Below are positions 25,241 to 37,609 of a DNA stretch of 64,000 bases, piece by piece (position 1 is the stretch's first letter; each line of letters starts with the position of its first letter). Under the pieces are notes generated by a model that was given only the letters and a program-made list of their open reading frames with translations, was not told the DNA's origin and did no database searches. The translations under genes and the position numbers were made by a program. Source of the DNA: Centroscyllium fabricii (taxonomy: Eukaryota); NCBI GenBank assembly GCA_051313645.2, contig JBNRSN020000019.1:54560001-54624000 (forward strand), in the 5' to 3' direction.

Positions 25241-25651
25241 GGGCGGCACGGTGGCACAGTGGATAGCACTGTTGTCTCACAGCACTGGAGACCCGGGTTC
25301 AAATCCAGCCTCGGGTCATATCTGTGTGGAGTTTGCACATTCTCCCCGTGTCTGCGTGGGTTTCCTCCGGGTGCTCCGGTTTCCTCCCACAGTCCAAAGA
25401 TGTGCGGGTTAGGTTGATTGGCCATGATAAATTGACCCTTAGTGTTAGGGGGTTTGAATATGTGGGGTTACGGGAATAGGGTGGGATATGTGTTGATGGA
25501 GGCTCGATAGGGATCGAGGGATATGGGGAGAGGGCAGGGGTAGGGTACTGGGTTTGGATGATCAGCCATGATCTCATTGAATGGCGGAGCAGGCTCGAAG
25601 GGCCGAATGGCCTACTCCTGCTCCTAGTTTCTGTGTTTCTATGTTTCTATG
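25241..25651 (+). mobile_element. HE1 / V-SINE family tRNA-derived SINE
   Basis: tRNA head with A and B boxes (TGGCACAGTGG, GGTTCAAATCC), V-domain GGGTTTCCTCCGGGTGCTCCGGTTTCCTCCCACA, CR1-derived tail (TTTCTATG)n. Confidence 0.92.
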
Positions 25652-26640
25652 TACAAGGGCACAGAGCGAGCCCCAGGCGTAACCTTCTACAAAGTGAAGC
25701 AAAAGAGAATTGCCATCTTTGGTTTGGAGGAATACTCAGAAGAGAGCTAAATGGGTTACATGGGAAAGGATGGTGGAGCAGGTGAACACAGTTTCTGTGC
25801 TGAGGAAGCCCTCAGCTCAGATGTGCAACATGTTTAACACGTTGAAGAATTTTGCCATGCCAAGTGTAGGTGCCAATGGAAGAGCAAGAAGGTATTGGCC
25901 GGGGACAGGTGTTGGCCACCCTCAGCTGGCAAGTTCCAAGAATGTTGCTGTCGAGGACCAGCATACAAATGAATGCTGCTTTCAGTGCACTGCAATTTCA
26001 TTGTGTCCTTTCAGAGTATGTGAAATACTCTGCAAGGTCTGGTAGCTGATCCACTACCCATATCTGCGATGCTGTTTGGACTGCTTCAGGTAACTAGAGT
26101 CCATCATTAACAGAGGTCCGAAGCTCAATTGTGGGTTCGGTTAGGAATGTCATTACTGATGCTATCGAAATTTTGGGCTCCAATGTCTATGGAATTGTAT
26201 GGATAGTAAGTACTCTGACGTGGGGCTTTACCAACATCATGAAGCCCTGTGGACTGCTGTTACGCAGATCATAGGATGCACTGAGGAAGTGCCTAACGAC
26301 AGGGGTTTGGCACAGGTAAGGGTATAAAGGATAAAGATCTCACAGTAAGTCTACAATTATGGCACCCAGCTGCTATATACAAATGACTTATACTAGTCCA
26401 GAAAACTGGCAGACCAAAGCACCCACCACAGTAGCCAGCAGTTGCAGGATCATCTTTTGATAGCAAAGGAGGTACAGGAGTAGACTTTAACTTTCACCGC
26501 CAGGCAGAAAACTGTGGCAGTAGTGGATCAGCTGCCTGTTATATTACCTGCCAGATTTTCCTTTCCATTGCCATTTCAGATCCTTCTCCCAAACACTGGT
26601 ACCTAAAAGGAGTACTAAATTAAACAGTAAGATACACTAT

Positions 26641-27765
26641 GGGCTGGAATTTACTGGCAAAATAACGGTGCGTTTAATGGGCACACTGTGGTTAATGTGT
26701 AAATTGTCCAGCAATTTGTGGCGAGAAAGAGATACCCCATGAGTGGCACAAATTGCTGGATGATTTGTACCGACATTAGCCTTGCGAGAACGGGAGCTCG
26801 CCGTCCACTTCCCCATCAGTTTAAAAAAATTGCTGCATATGCGCATTAATTACCAATTAAACGCGCCGCAGCAAGTTAGAACTGGCACGTAGCAGCGTAA
26901 GGACCCTTTTAATGATGAGATTTATGTTCCTGGAATGCCACTCAACATCTCCAGCCCAGAAATGAAACAATTGAAACCGTGGAGTCTCATTTCTGCAGTA
27001 AAATGTTCTTGGAGATTTTTTTTTAAATGAAAAATTTTAGTTTTTTTTCTTACTTTACTGCCTTTTTCTCTCTCTCTTAACCAGACCTTTTGTTCTTCTC
27101 TTTATTTCTTTGGCTGTTCCTAATTTGATTCTAATTCACCCTCCTCCTCCTCCATCGTTCCTCTGTTTCTTTCTCTATTGCTCTATGTGGGGTTACGGGG
27201 ATAGGGTGGGATATGTGTCGGTGCAGGCTCGATAGGGATCGAGGGATATGGGGACAAGGCAGGGACAGGGTACTGGGTTTGGATGATCTCATTGAATGGC
27301 GGAGCAGGCTCAAAGGGCCGAATGGTCTACTCCTGCTCCTATGTTTCTATATTTCTATTCGCATTGCTGTTTGTGGGAGCTTGCTGTGCGCAAATTGGCT
27401 GTGGCGTTTTCCCACATTACAACTCTGACGACGCTCCAAAAGTACTTCATTGGCTGTAAAGCGCTTTGAGACGTCCGGTGGTCGAGAAAGGCGCTATATA
27501 AATGTAAGTCTGTCTTTCTTTTATCCTTAACTCTAATGGGTTGAGGGGATAGACTGCCGGTCCCATTGTTCAACAAGATCCCAAATGCCCCGTTGACCTG
27601 ACATTTCCAGCAATTTGCGGTACAAAAATCTTTCGAGCTGAAGGATGAGGGAAAACAATCTAACAAACGCCGTGAGATGCACTGCTCCATCAAATTCTGA
27701 GTATTGTTCCAAAGGGGTAAGACTTGTGTAAGTGCACAGCAAAATCTAGTGCACCACTGAAGTTT
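26641..27765. mobile_element. Decayed Harbinger-type MITE containing nested SINE fragments (27185-27520)
   Basis: Starts GGGCTGGAATTTACTG; internal sequence resembles 40581-41603; nested HE1 3' fragment and Deu-SINE 3' fragment. Right end approximate. Confidence 0.6.
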
Positions 27766-27919
27766 TGACATTGGATTTGGACTCTGTGCAGAGTACTTTT
27801 ATCCTGGGACATCTTTCTGCAGCAGGAAATGAATTAATGTACGTGCATGGTGGATGAGGTGAAGCACAGGATCAGGATGGTGTGCTAGTTCATTGGGACT
27901 ATGATACATGAATACATTG

Positions 27920-28314
27920 GGGCGGCACAGTGGCATAGTGGTTAGCACTGTTGCCTCACAGCACTGGAGACCCGGGTTCAAATCCAGCCTCGGGTACTAT
28001 CTGTGTGGAGTTTGCACATTCTCCCAGTGTCTGTGTGGGTTTCCTCCGGGTGCTCCGGTTTCCTCCCACAGTCCAAAGATGTGCGGGTTAGGTTGATTGG
28101 CCTGGATAAATTGACCCTTAGTGTTAGGGCGATTAAATATGTGGGGTTACGGGGATAGGGTGGGATATGTGTTGATGGAGGTTCGATAGGGATATGGGGG
28201 GAGGGCAGGGGCGGGGTACTGGGTTTGGATGATCAGCCATGATCTCATTGAATGGCGGAGCAGGCTCGAAGGGCCAAATGGCCTACTCCTGCTCCTATCT
28301 TCTATGTTTCTATG
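27920..28314 (+). mobile_element. HE1 / V-SINE
   Basis: Same structure as 25241-25651. Confidence 0.92.
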
Positions 28315-28490
28315 TGCCAGTCGGATTTCAATATTCAAGTAAATTAGTTCTCCACTAAATGTTGTCAGATTTGTTTTTCTTGCTGCAGCTTTTCAGCCTC
28401 AGTTTCTTTTTCACCATCTTCTTCTGGGTCAGCTCAAGTTTCTCTCATTTCCTTCCAAAAACAGTACTTGTGACCTGAAATAATGGCCTC

Positions 28491-30099
28491 TGTAATGTTT
28501 GGGTGTGGGGCCCAAATGCGAGACACTGAAACTGCTGTCTAGAGCTAGAACTCCTTTATTTAATATAAAATGCAGAAAACATAATCAACTACATCCATAC
28601 ATACAAAATATATAACATAAAAAAACAAGTCTTCCACTGAAAACTGGCACAAGCTTAATACAGAAACTGAACCCTCGGGACACTCAGGAAAGAGCATCCT
28701 AATAACCGAAAGGGCCTCCTATGTAGTAGTAATGAAAAGTCCAATACTGAGTACAGGTGATTGCAAACAATGTCCAACTGTACCCCCAGGACACTCGGCC
28801 AAGAGCATCCCTGGATATAGTTTTCCTCTGTGAAGTTGGAAACAAGCCTTATTCCAAACTCCCAGGACACTCGACAAAGAGCATCCTACTTACAGAAAAG
28901 ACCTCATTGCAGTAGAAATGAAATGAGGTATTATTAGGTATTAGGTTCAATTTATTGTCATTGTACAGAAAAGACCATACAACGAAATGTAGTTCTTGCA
29001 GATGTTAAATGTCCTCTACTGAAGTCCCAGTCTGTCGGTCCCGGTGTTCCAACCATGCAGGCCCGGGCAATACGAACTCGCCGACCTCCGGCACCACGAC
29101 CACGCAGGCTCCAGCGCTCCGACCTCGGCGACCAAAGCCCCGGCGCTCCAGCTACACAGGCTCCGGCGCTCCGACCTCAGCGACCTCGCAGGCTCCGGCT
29201 CCAGCTCCAATACACAGTCCTCAAGGCCCCCGGGCCTCGGGCCTCGGCGCTCCGACCGTGCCGGCCTCAGTGCGCTCCGACCGCAGACACCCCGGTGCTC
29301 CAACAACTCCGCCGCGCCGACCCCGGTACACCACCTCGCCGACCATGCCGTCCTCTCAGAGCGAACAGACCCAGAACTGCAGCGGACAGCGTTACCCCCG
29401 GAGACGCAAAGCCGCTGCGTGTACACGCGCCGCCATCTTTCTCCGGAATGTCCAATATCTGAGTTCCGGTAATAGAAAGCAATGTCCAGAATAAGAAATG
29501 GAACTCTCCCAGAGTCCGCCCTACAGCAGGGACTCACTCTACCAGAGTTTTCAGAAGGAGAAATCCATTATTAACTAGCAGGGAAACGCCCTACCAACAC
29601 AGCCTCCATCGGAGCTCCAGAGTTCAGATCATAACGAGCAATGTCCATAATGTATAAATGGAATGTCCAAACCTGAGTTCAGGTGGTAGAGAACAGTGTC
29701 CAGAATGTAGAATTTAGGAATCTTCCAGAGTCCGCCCTTCAACAGGGACTCACTCTATCAGAGTCTTCAGAAGGAGAAATCCATATCCACCAGCTCACTG
29801 CCTCCCACGGATCTAGAACAGCACCTGTGTGTCCTAGTACTGCAAAGTTGTTACAAGCTACTTGGTAGTATAAAGTAGTAATGATGCGGCAACTCCCTGG
29901 TCTCAGCACCCAGCTTATAAGCTGATCAAGCAACTGGATAGATTAGTGCTAACCAATAAGATGCAGGCATAGAGAACGAGGAACACACAGGTATGTGAGG
30001 TTCAACAGGCTATATTAACAGGAAAACAAGATACCAAACAGAGAACAAAAACATAGAAATCAAAATGGATTCCTTAAAGGGGAATTCCCATCTGTGACA
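28491..30099 (-). mobile_element. Large solo-LTR-like insertion (about 1.1 kb without its own nested insert) inside the G2 3' LTR
   Basis: Ends TGTAA..TGACA; 5-bp TSD GCCTC (28486-28490 / 30100-30104); AATAAA on the minus strand near 28556; internal degenerate direct repeats; no coding similarity seen. Confidence 0.8.
28926..29445 (-). mobile_element. Non-autonomous retroposon with AAGATGGCGGC head and TGACAATAAA-(TAATACC)n tail
   Basis: Interrupts one repeat unit of the host; AATG duplicated on both sides; CpG-rich internal repeats (GGCTCCRGCGCTCCGACC). Confidence 0.65.
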
Positions 30100-30505
30100 G
30101 CCTCGGAAGCGAGTAGTTAGTCGAAGAAACAATAGGCTTTTATTAACTACACTGGAACATGCACCAGTTAGTTGACTGTCCCCAGGTGTGGCTGGGGGGA
30201 TGGGAGCAGTCACTTATATACCTCCTCCAGGGAGGGAGGAGTTATGGGCGGAGCCAACCTGGGCATGTCCCAGTCATCATATCATAGTACAGGTATTTAC
30301 ATGGTTACATCGTAATACATGATAGCTACTATATACAGTGATAAATGGTTTATCACATTCACCCCTTCTTTAAAACGAAAGTCCGGCAGGGTGAACGACC
30401 AGTGAGTGAAAAAGGAAAAAAGTGATTTAATTTTTTTTTTTAATAAACAATAAAAGTTCTTTCATCTACAAGTTAAGTCTTGCAGGCGGTTTTTGATATC
30501 CGCGT

Positions 30506-33500
30506 TTATCTTCGCACCGCTGGTGGTGCCTGTGGTGTTCGTGGTCGCGGCGCGGCTGGCCGTGTCGGTTGCTGTAGTGGTGCCGGCGCTGGTTGACGAA
30601 AGGTAGCTGTTGTTGTTGTAACACTACTTCTGGGTGGCGGTGATGCCCTTGTTCTGACAGCAGGGGGCGCGCACTCTCCTTCGTCCTCTGACTGTAGGGG
30701 GCGCGCTCTGTGGATCCAAGCTGGAGGCCACGCTGTGCTGCGCACAGGTGCCGTGCGGGTGCACTGGGGTACTGGGTCCACGTGCTGGGGAGCGTACCCT
30801 GGTGTCGGTGGCTGGGGGAGCGTCACAGGACGTTTTGGGGGCGCAGGCTGCTGAGCGGGGCTTCTTTTGTGCGCGGGCTGCTGAGCGGGTCTTCTTGGGT
30901 GCTTGGGCTGCTGAGCGGGACTGGGTTTGGGGACTCCTGCTGGGGCCAGGTCCTTTATAGACACGGTGTCCTCCCTCCCATCGGGGTACGCTACGTATGC
31001 GTACTGGGGATTGGCGTGCAGAAGGTGGACCCGTTCGACTAGGGGATCTGCCTTGTGTCCCCTCACGTGCTTCCGTAATAGGACCGGTCCCGGGGATAGT
31101 AGCCACGATGGTAGTGAGGTCCCGGAAGCCGACTTCCTGGGGAAGGCAAAAAGTCTTTCGTGAGGGGTGGCATTAGTGGCAGTACACAGGAGGGACCGGA
31201 TAGAGTGGAGCGCTTCAGGGAGGACGTCCTGCCAGCGGGTGACTGGGAGGCCTTTAGACCGTAGGGCTAACTGGATGGCTTTCCAGACCGTGGCGTTCTC
31301 CCTCTCTACCTGTCCATTCCCCCGGGGGTTGTGGCTGGTAGTCCTGTTAGTCACGATGCCTTTGGCTAGCAGAAACTGACGCAGCTTGTCACTCATAAAA
31401 GAGGCCCCCCGGTCACTATGGATATAGTTGGGATAGCTGAACAGAGAGAAGATGCTGTTAAGGGCTTTGATGACGGTGGCGGAGGTCATGTCCTGGCAGG
31501 GAATGGCGAAGGGGAAGCGGGAGTACTCATCTATTACATTAAGGAAGTACACATTCCTATTTGATGAGGGAAGGGGCCCTTTGAAATCGACACTGAGTCG
31601 TTCAAAGGGGCGAGTGGCCTTGATCAAATGCGCCCGGTCTGGCCGGTAGAAGTGCGGCTTGCACTCTGCGCAGACCTGGCAATTGCTGGTCACTGTCTTG
31701 ACCTCCTCGATAGAGTTGGGGAGGTTGCGGGACTTCACAAAGTGAACCAACCTGGTGACCCCCGGGTGGCAGAGGTCATTGTGGAGAGTTTGGAGACGGT
31801 CAGCCTGTGCGCTGGCACAGGTACCGTGAGATAGGGCGTCTGGGGGTTCGTTAAATATCCCGGGCCGGTACAAGATATCATAGTTGAACGCAGAGAGTTC
31901 AATTCTCCACCTTAATATCTTGTCGTTCTTTATTTTACCCCGTTCCTTGTTGTTAAACATGAATGTGACTGATCGTTGGTCAGTCAACAGAGTAAAACGT
32001 TTGCCAGCCAGGTAGTGCTTCCAGTGCCGCACTGCTTCAACAATGGCCTGGGCCTCCTTCTCGACTGAGGAGTGACAGGTTTCGGGGCCTTGGAGGGTAC
32101 GTGAAAAGAAGGCCACGGGTCTGCCCGCCTGGTTAAGGGTGGCGGCCAGGGCAAAGTCCGATGCATCGCTTTCCACTTGAAATGGGACGGACTTATCTAC
32201 AGCGTGCATCGTGGCTTTGGCAATATCGTTTTTAATTCTGCAGAATGCCGAGTTGGCTTCTGCAGAAAGGGGAAAAGAGGTCGATTTGAGTAGTGGGCGA
32301 GCTTTGTCCGCATAATTAGGGACCCACTGGGCATAGTAGGCGAAAAATCCCAAACACCGTTTAAGGGCTTTGGGGGAGTGGGGGAGGGGAAGCTCCATGA
32401 GGGGGCGCATGCGGTCCGGGTCTGGACCAATGACTCCATTCTCCACAACGCTGCCGAGGATGGCCAGGCGACCGGTGCTAAATACACATTTATCTGTGTT
32501 GTAAGTTAGGTTCAGCGTCTTGGCTGTGTGGAGAAATTTTTGGAGATTGGCGTCATGGTCCTGCTGATCATGGCCGCAGATGGTCACATTATCAAGGTAC
32601 GGGAAAGTGGCTCGCAGCCCGTGCTGATCAACCATTCGGTCTCCCTTTGGAAGACCGAGACCCCATTCGTGATGCCAAACGGAACCCTAAGGAAGTGGTA
32701 GAGGCGACCGTCAGCCTCAAAGACAGTATAGAGACGGTCCTCTGAGCGGATGGGAAGCTGGTGATAAGCAGATTTTAGGTCAATCGTTGAGAACACTTTA
32801 AATTGGGCGATTTGGTTCACCATGTCCGCTATCCGGGGAAGTGGGTAGGCATCTAGTTGGGTGAACCGGTTTATGGTCTGGCTGTAGTCCACAACCATCC
32901 GGTTCTTCTCTCCGGTTTTTACTACCACTACCTGCGCTCTCCAGGGGCTATTACTGGCCTCTATTACCCCCTCTTTTAGGAGGCGCTGCACCTCAGATTT
33001 TATAAATGCCATGCCCCCAGCACTGTAGCGCCTACTCTTGGTGGCGACGGGCTTGCAGTCTGGGGTGAGGTTGGCAAAGAGGGAAGGAGGGGCAACCTTA
33101 AGGGTCGAGAGGCCACAGGTAGTGTGTTGGGGGTATAGCGTTGGGCTGTGTTTTCTGACCGTGAGTGAGGGAAGGGGTCCACCGAATGCCATAGTAACGC
33201 TCTGGAGATGGCACTGGAAGTCCAGTCCCAGGAGTAAGGGGGCGCAGAGCTGCGGCAGCACGTAAAAACTAAAATCATTAAACATTGCGCCTTGGACCTT
33301 AAGTGCTACAACACAGCGCCCGGTGACGTCAGCAGATTCAGACTTTGAAGCCATAGCTATTCTCTGGCGCGCAGGGATTACTTTGAGGGAGAGGCGCTTT
33401 ACAGTGTTAGGGTTTATAAAACTTACTGTGCTCCCGCTGTCGAACAGGCACACCACCTCTTGGCTGTTAACTTCCACCGGCATCATTGATTTTTCCAGTG

Positions 33501-34500
33501 GTTGTGTCTTGCCCTGATCGATGGTCATCGATGCTAAAATTGGGTCCTCCGAGTCCTGTTGATCCGGCGAGTAGTCCTCCGGGGCCGGTCCACAAAATGG
33601 CTGCCGCCATGTGGTGTACTGTGGAGGGGGAGGCTGAGTCCAAAATGGCTGCTGCTGCCACGAGGGATGCTGAGTGGGGGAGGGGTGAGCCCAATATGGC
33701 TGCTCCCATGTTCCACACGCGGCGCTGCCCGGTTTCGATTTTGTGGTGGTCGCTTTACAGACCTTTGCATAATGTCCTTTCTTCCCACATTTCGAGCAGA
33801 CCGCTTCTCTAGCAGGGCAGTTACGTCTCGGGTGCTGAGACCCTCCACAAAAGTAACATTTTGCTGCCGTTTTCGCGTGGGCAGCTGCAATTAATTCTTC
33901 AGCCGGTCGTTGCGCCGGCGTTATCCAAGATGGGGGGGCTGGGCCCGTATACGTACTCGAGTACGATGATAAGTTCATTGAGGCCATATCCAGCGCATGC
34001 CCCAGATCCGTAGTTGCCTGCAGATCAGCACCGTTTTGCTCCAGCAGTCTTTGTCTCACGTAATCTGATCTGAGGCCTGTTACATAGGCGTCTCTAATAA
34101 GGCAATCAGCATGAACAGGGGCCGTTAGCGCCCTGCAGTCACAGTCCCTTGACAATATTCTAAGAGCTCTTAGAAACTCCACGCTTGACTCACCAGGTTG
34201 CTGTTTTCTGGTGGCAAGGATATGCCTCGCGTGAACAATATTAGGTGCCCGATTGTACTCAACTTTGAGAATCCTGATGGCATCCTGGAAAGATGAGGCG
34301 TCCACAATCATGGAGTACACTTGAGGGCCCACCCGGGCGTTGAGGAGCCGTCGTTTGTGCTCATCGGTCACCATGACCACTGCATTTGCTCTGAGGTATC
34401 CATCGAAGACACTGTGCCAGTGTGTAAAGGCATTCGATGCTCCTGGTGATCGGGGATCCAATTTAAACGTTGCTGACTTGAGCATATTATCCATTTTCAA
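30506..34500 (-). pseudogene. G2 gag-pol polyprotein, nearly intact (one 4-bp deletion near 32640)
   Basis: 638-aa ORF (gag, two CCHC knuckles, FDSGS protease, RT start) overlaps a 709-aa ORF (RT YLDN, RNase H, integrase). G1 has TCGGTCCATCTCCC where G2 has TCGGTCTCCC. Confidence 0.93.
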
Positions 34501-35074
34501 AGTAGTTAATAAAATTGTGACCTGAAATAACGGCCTCGGAAGCGAGTAGTTAGTAAAAGAAACAATAGGCTTTTATTAACTACACTGGAACATGCACCAG
34601 TTAGTCGACTGTCCCCAGGTGTGGCTGGGGGGATGGGAGCAGTCACTTATATACCTCCTCCAGGGAGGGAGGAGTTATGGGCAGAGCCAACCTGGGCATG
34701 TCCCAGTCATCATATCATAGTACAGGTATTTACATGGTTACATCGTAATACATGATAGCTACTATATACAGTGATAAATGGTTTATCACAGTACTCCTGT
34801 TTTTTTCTTCCCTCATCGTCGTCAAAATACCACTCCCAGCTTCTATCATTCTCCCACCTTCCCAAAACAGTGCTTCCATTTCTGTTCTCTTCCCTTCCTC
34901 CAAGCAGCACTCATACTCTAAACTCACTGCCTAATGTGATTTCAGCATACTGTGGGTGTGAATTCCCAATCTTACAGACAAAATCAATGCAGACCAGGTC
35001 TCCAAACACTGACTGAATAAGCATGGATAGTTGGCATGATTGTTGGTCACGTATTTATACTTTTGTATAAATGA

Positions 35075-35990
35075 CAGAGTCAGTTTCCACGTGCACACTG
35101 ATGACACCCAGCTCTACCTCACTGCCACCTCTCTCGTCCCCTTCACTGTGTCTAATTTGTCTCACTGCTTGTCCAACATCCAGTACTGGATGATCAGAAA
35201 TTTCCTCCAACTAAATATTGGGAAGGCTGCAGTCATTGTCTTTGGTCCCCACCACAAACTCGGTTCCCTAGCCACCGACTCCATCCCTCTCCCTGGCAAC
35301 TGTCTGAGGCTGAAGCAGTCTGTTCACAACCTTGGTGACATATTTGATCCGAGATGAGCTTCCAACAACATATCCACACCATCATTAAGACCAGCTACTT
35401 CCATCTCCAGAACATCACTCAACTGTGCCCAGCCTCAGCTCATCTGCTGCTGAAACCCTCATCCATGCCCTTTTTTGCCTCTAGGCTTGACTATTCCAAT
35501 GCCATCCTGGCTGGCCTCCGTAAACTTAAAAAGGTCATCCAAAACTCTGCTGCCCCCGTCCTAACTTGCACCAATTCCCATTCACCCATCACCCCTGTGC
35601 TCGCAGACTTACATTGGCTGCTGGTTAAGCAACGCCTCCGTGGCCTCGTCCCTCCCTATCTCTGTAATCTCCTCTAACCCCACAACCCTCCGAGATATCT
35701 GTGCTCCCCTAATCCTGGCCTCTTGAGCGTTCCCGATTGTAATCGCTCCACCATCGGTGACTGTGCTTTTAGCTGTCAAGGCCCTAAGCTCTGGAATTCC
35801 CTCCCCAAACCTCTCTACCTCTCTTTCTTCCTTTAAGATGGTCATTAAAACCTACCTCTTTGATCAAACTTTTGGTCATCTGCCCTAATATCTCCTTATG
35901 TGGCTTGGTGTCAAATTCTGTTTTATAACGCTCTTGTGAAGTGCCTTGGGATGTTTTACTATGTTAAAAGTGTTGTATAAATACAGTTGT
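35075..35990 (+). mobile_element. L2 LINE 3' fragment
   Basis: DDTQLY, LQLNIGK, NLG.IFD, SRLDYSNA, ITPVLADLHWL motifs; typical L2 3' end. Confidence 0.88.
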
Positions 35991-36502
35991 TAAGACTCAT
36001 ATAGCTAGAAACTAGCTCTGTGAAAATCCAGAACAGGGCAGAAGTCAAAGAAAAGCAACCCAAAATATTTTCACTTGAATGTAGCTCCTACCATTTGGGG
36101 TATTGGACTGGTGCAAGAACTTGTAGGATGTGATGTGGGGCTGGCAGACCTGGCCTTATTTTGTTGGTTTCCATGCCTTTCTCTTTCAGCAAAAGCACTA
36201 TTTTCTGAATGCTGGATACATTTCTTTTATTTCTAGGACAGATCCAACAGGAGCAACAGCTCTCTGCTAACATTAATAAGATTCAAAATTAGATTTTAAA
36301 CTTTTCCAGCTAATCTCACTGTGGAAGAAAAGGCTGATATGGAGCATAATCCAGACCCTTAAAATAACGAGAAACTTTCTGAGAAAAATAGATAATGCAG
36401 AGATAACCAGGTTATTTAGCTTTAATTTATTCTAACAATAGGATTGAAGATTTTAAAGCGACAATAGATATTGGTATTTGAATATTGTATAGAACACGAT
36501 GA

Positions 36503-36938
36503 AAGAAAAAAAGACTTGCATTTATGTGCATCCTTTCACGACGACTGGACATCCCAAAACACTTTACAGCCAATGAAGTACTTTATGACATGTAGTCATT
36601 GTTGTAATGTAGGAAACGCGGCAGCCAATTTGCGCACAGCAAGCTTCCACAAATGGCAATATGATAATGACCAGATATTCTGTTTTGGTGAAGTTGATTG
36701 AGGGATAAATATTGGCCAGGACACCGTGGATAACTCCCCTGCTCTTCTTAGAAATAGTGCCACGGAATCTTCAGCAGACGGGGCCTCGGTTTAACATCTC
36801 ACCCCGAAAGACGGCATCTCTCCCTCAGTACTGCACTGAAGTGTCAACCTAGATTTTTGTGCAAATGTCCCTGGAGTGGGGCTTGAACCCACAATCTTCT
36901 GACTCAGAAGCAAAGGTGCTACCAACTGAGCCACAGCT
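36503..36938 (-). mobile_element. SacSINE1-like Deu-domain SINE
   Basis: Minus-strand tRNA head (TGGCTCAGTTGG, GGTTCAAGCCC), Deu-domain-like core (CAGTACTGAGGGAG, GATGTTAAACCGAGGCCC, GTCCTGGCCAATATTTATCCCTCAA) and L2-type tail. Confidence 0.82.
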
Positions 36939-37609
36939 GCATGAGACCATCGATATACCATCTGTGGAATGCAACTGTTTGCTGAACAGTTTATGTTACA
37001 AAGTGAAGTGATATACTGAAGCTTGGGGGTGGGAGAGTTGCAAAGAAGTTTCAGAGTACATCCTCCCTTTTCCCCTCTCTTTTCCTGAAGACCTTGCTTT
37101 GGTTTACTTCCTTGGATGGCACTCTGCTCTCTAGTATCTTACACAAGAACCTGTTATTTATGTGGAAAATTTGACAGTGTTGGCATGTTATTTGACTACT
37201 GGAAGAAACACAGGTTGGGGTATTTTAACTCCCAGGCCTCATTAGAATCTCACCGGCACGTTTACCACCCAGTTCGCTGACATGCAGGGAAACCAGACCA
37301 CTTCTGGAGGCAATTTCTGGCGGTACAGCCGATTTAAAGCAGGAATGGACCTCTAAAGAGAGATACTGGGATAAAATATATGAGTAATTTGAGATATGAC
37401 ATGTGGTAAGTGTAGCATGCTTAGGAGGAAAAAGGTGACCGTGGACCTGTGGTTCCCAAAGGTCTCTACCACTGGGGTTTTTCTTGTGTTATATCTGGGT
37501 CTATTGTAGACTAATTGATAGAGAATGATTGCTATGATTAGTCAATTACTCCATTATCATTGTATCATGCGAAAACCAGGATGGTAGAAGGTGAACTAGA
37601 TGAACCTTG

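Larger units (their letters stand above)
28469..34790 (-). mobile_element. Ty3/Gypsy LTR retrotransposon (element G2), full length; 3' LTR split by a nested insertion
   Basis: 5' LTR 34516-34790 (275 bp); 3' LTR 28469-28490 plus 30105-30357; TSD GTACT (28464-28468 / 34791-34795); PPT AAAGAAGGGGTGAA; about 5 LTR mismatches. Confidence 0.96.

Noticed and set aside
25241-25315. tRNA genes at SINE 5' ends (also 27920, 42195, 44937, 36938)
   Set aside because: These are tRNA-derived SINE heads that run straight into V or Deu domains and LINE tails.
29009-29537. Overlapping ORFs of 135-173 aa on both strands
   Set aside because: Low-complexity products of GC-rich repeats; no recognisable domain.
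30506-30930. env or chromodomain after the G1/G2 integrase
   Set aside because: The tail is Pro/Gln/Thr-rich low-complexity sequence with short repeats; no aromatic-cage motif or transmembrane segment.
32584-32640. Programmed gag-pol frameshift in G2
   Set aside because: The break is inside RT and comparison with G1 shows a 4-bp deletion; gag and pol are otherwise one frame.
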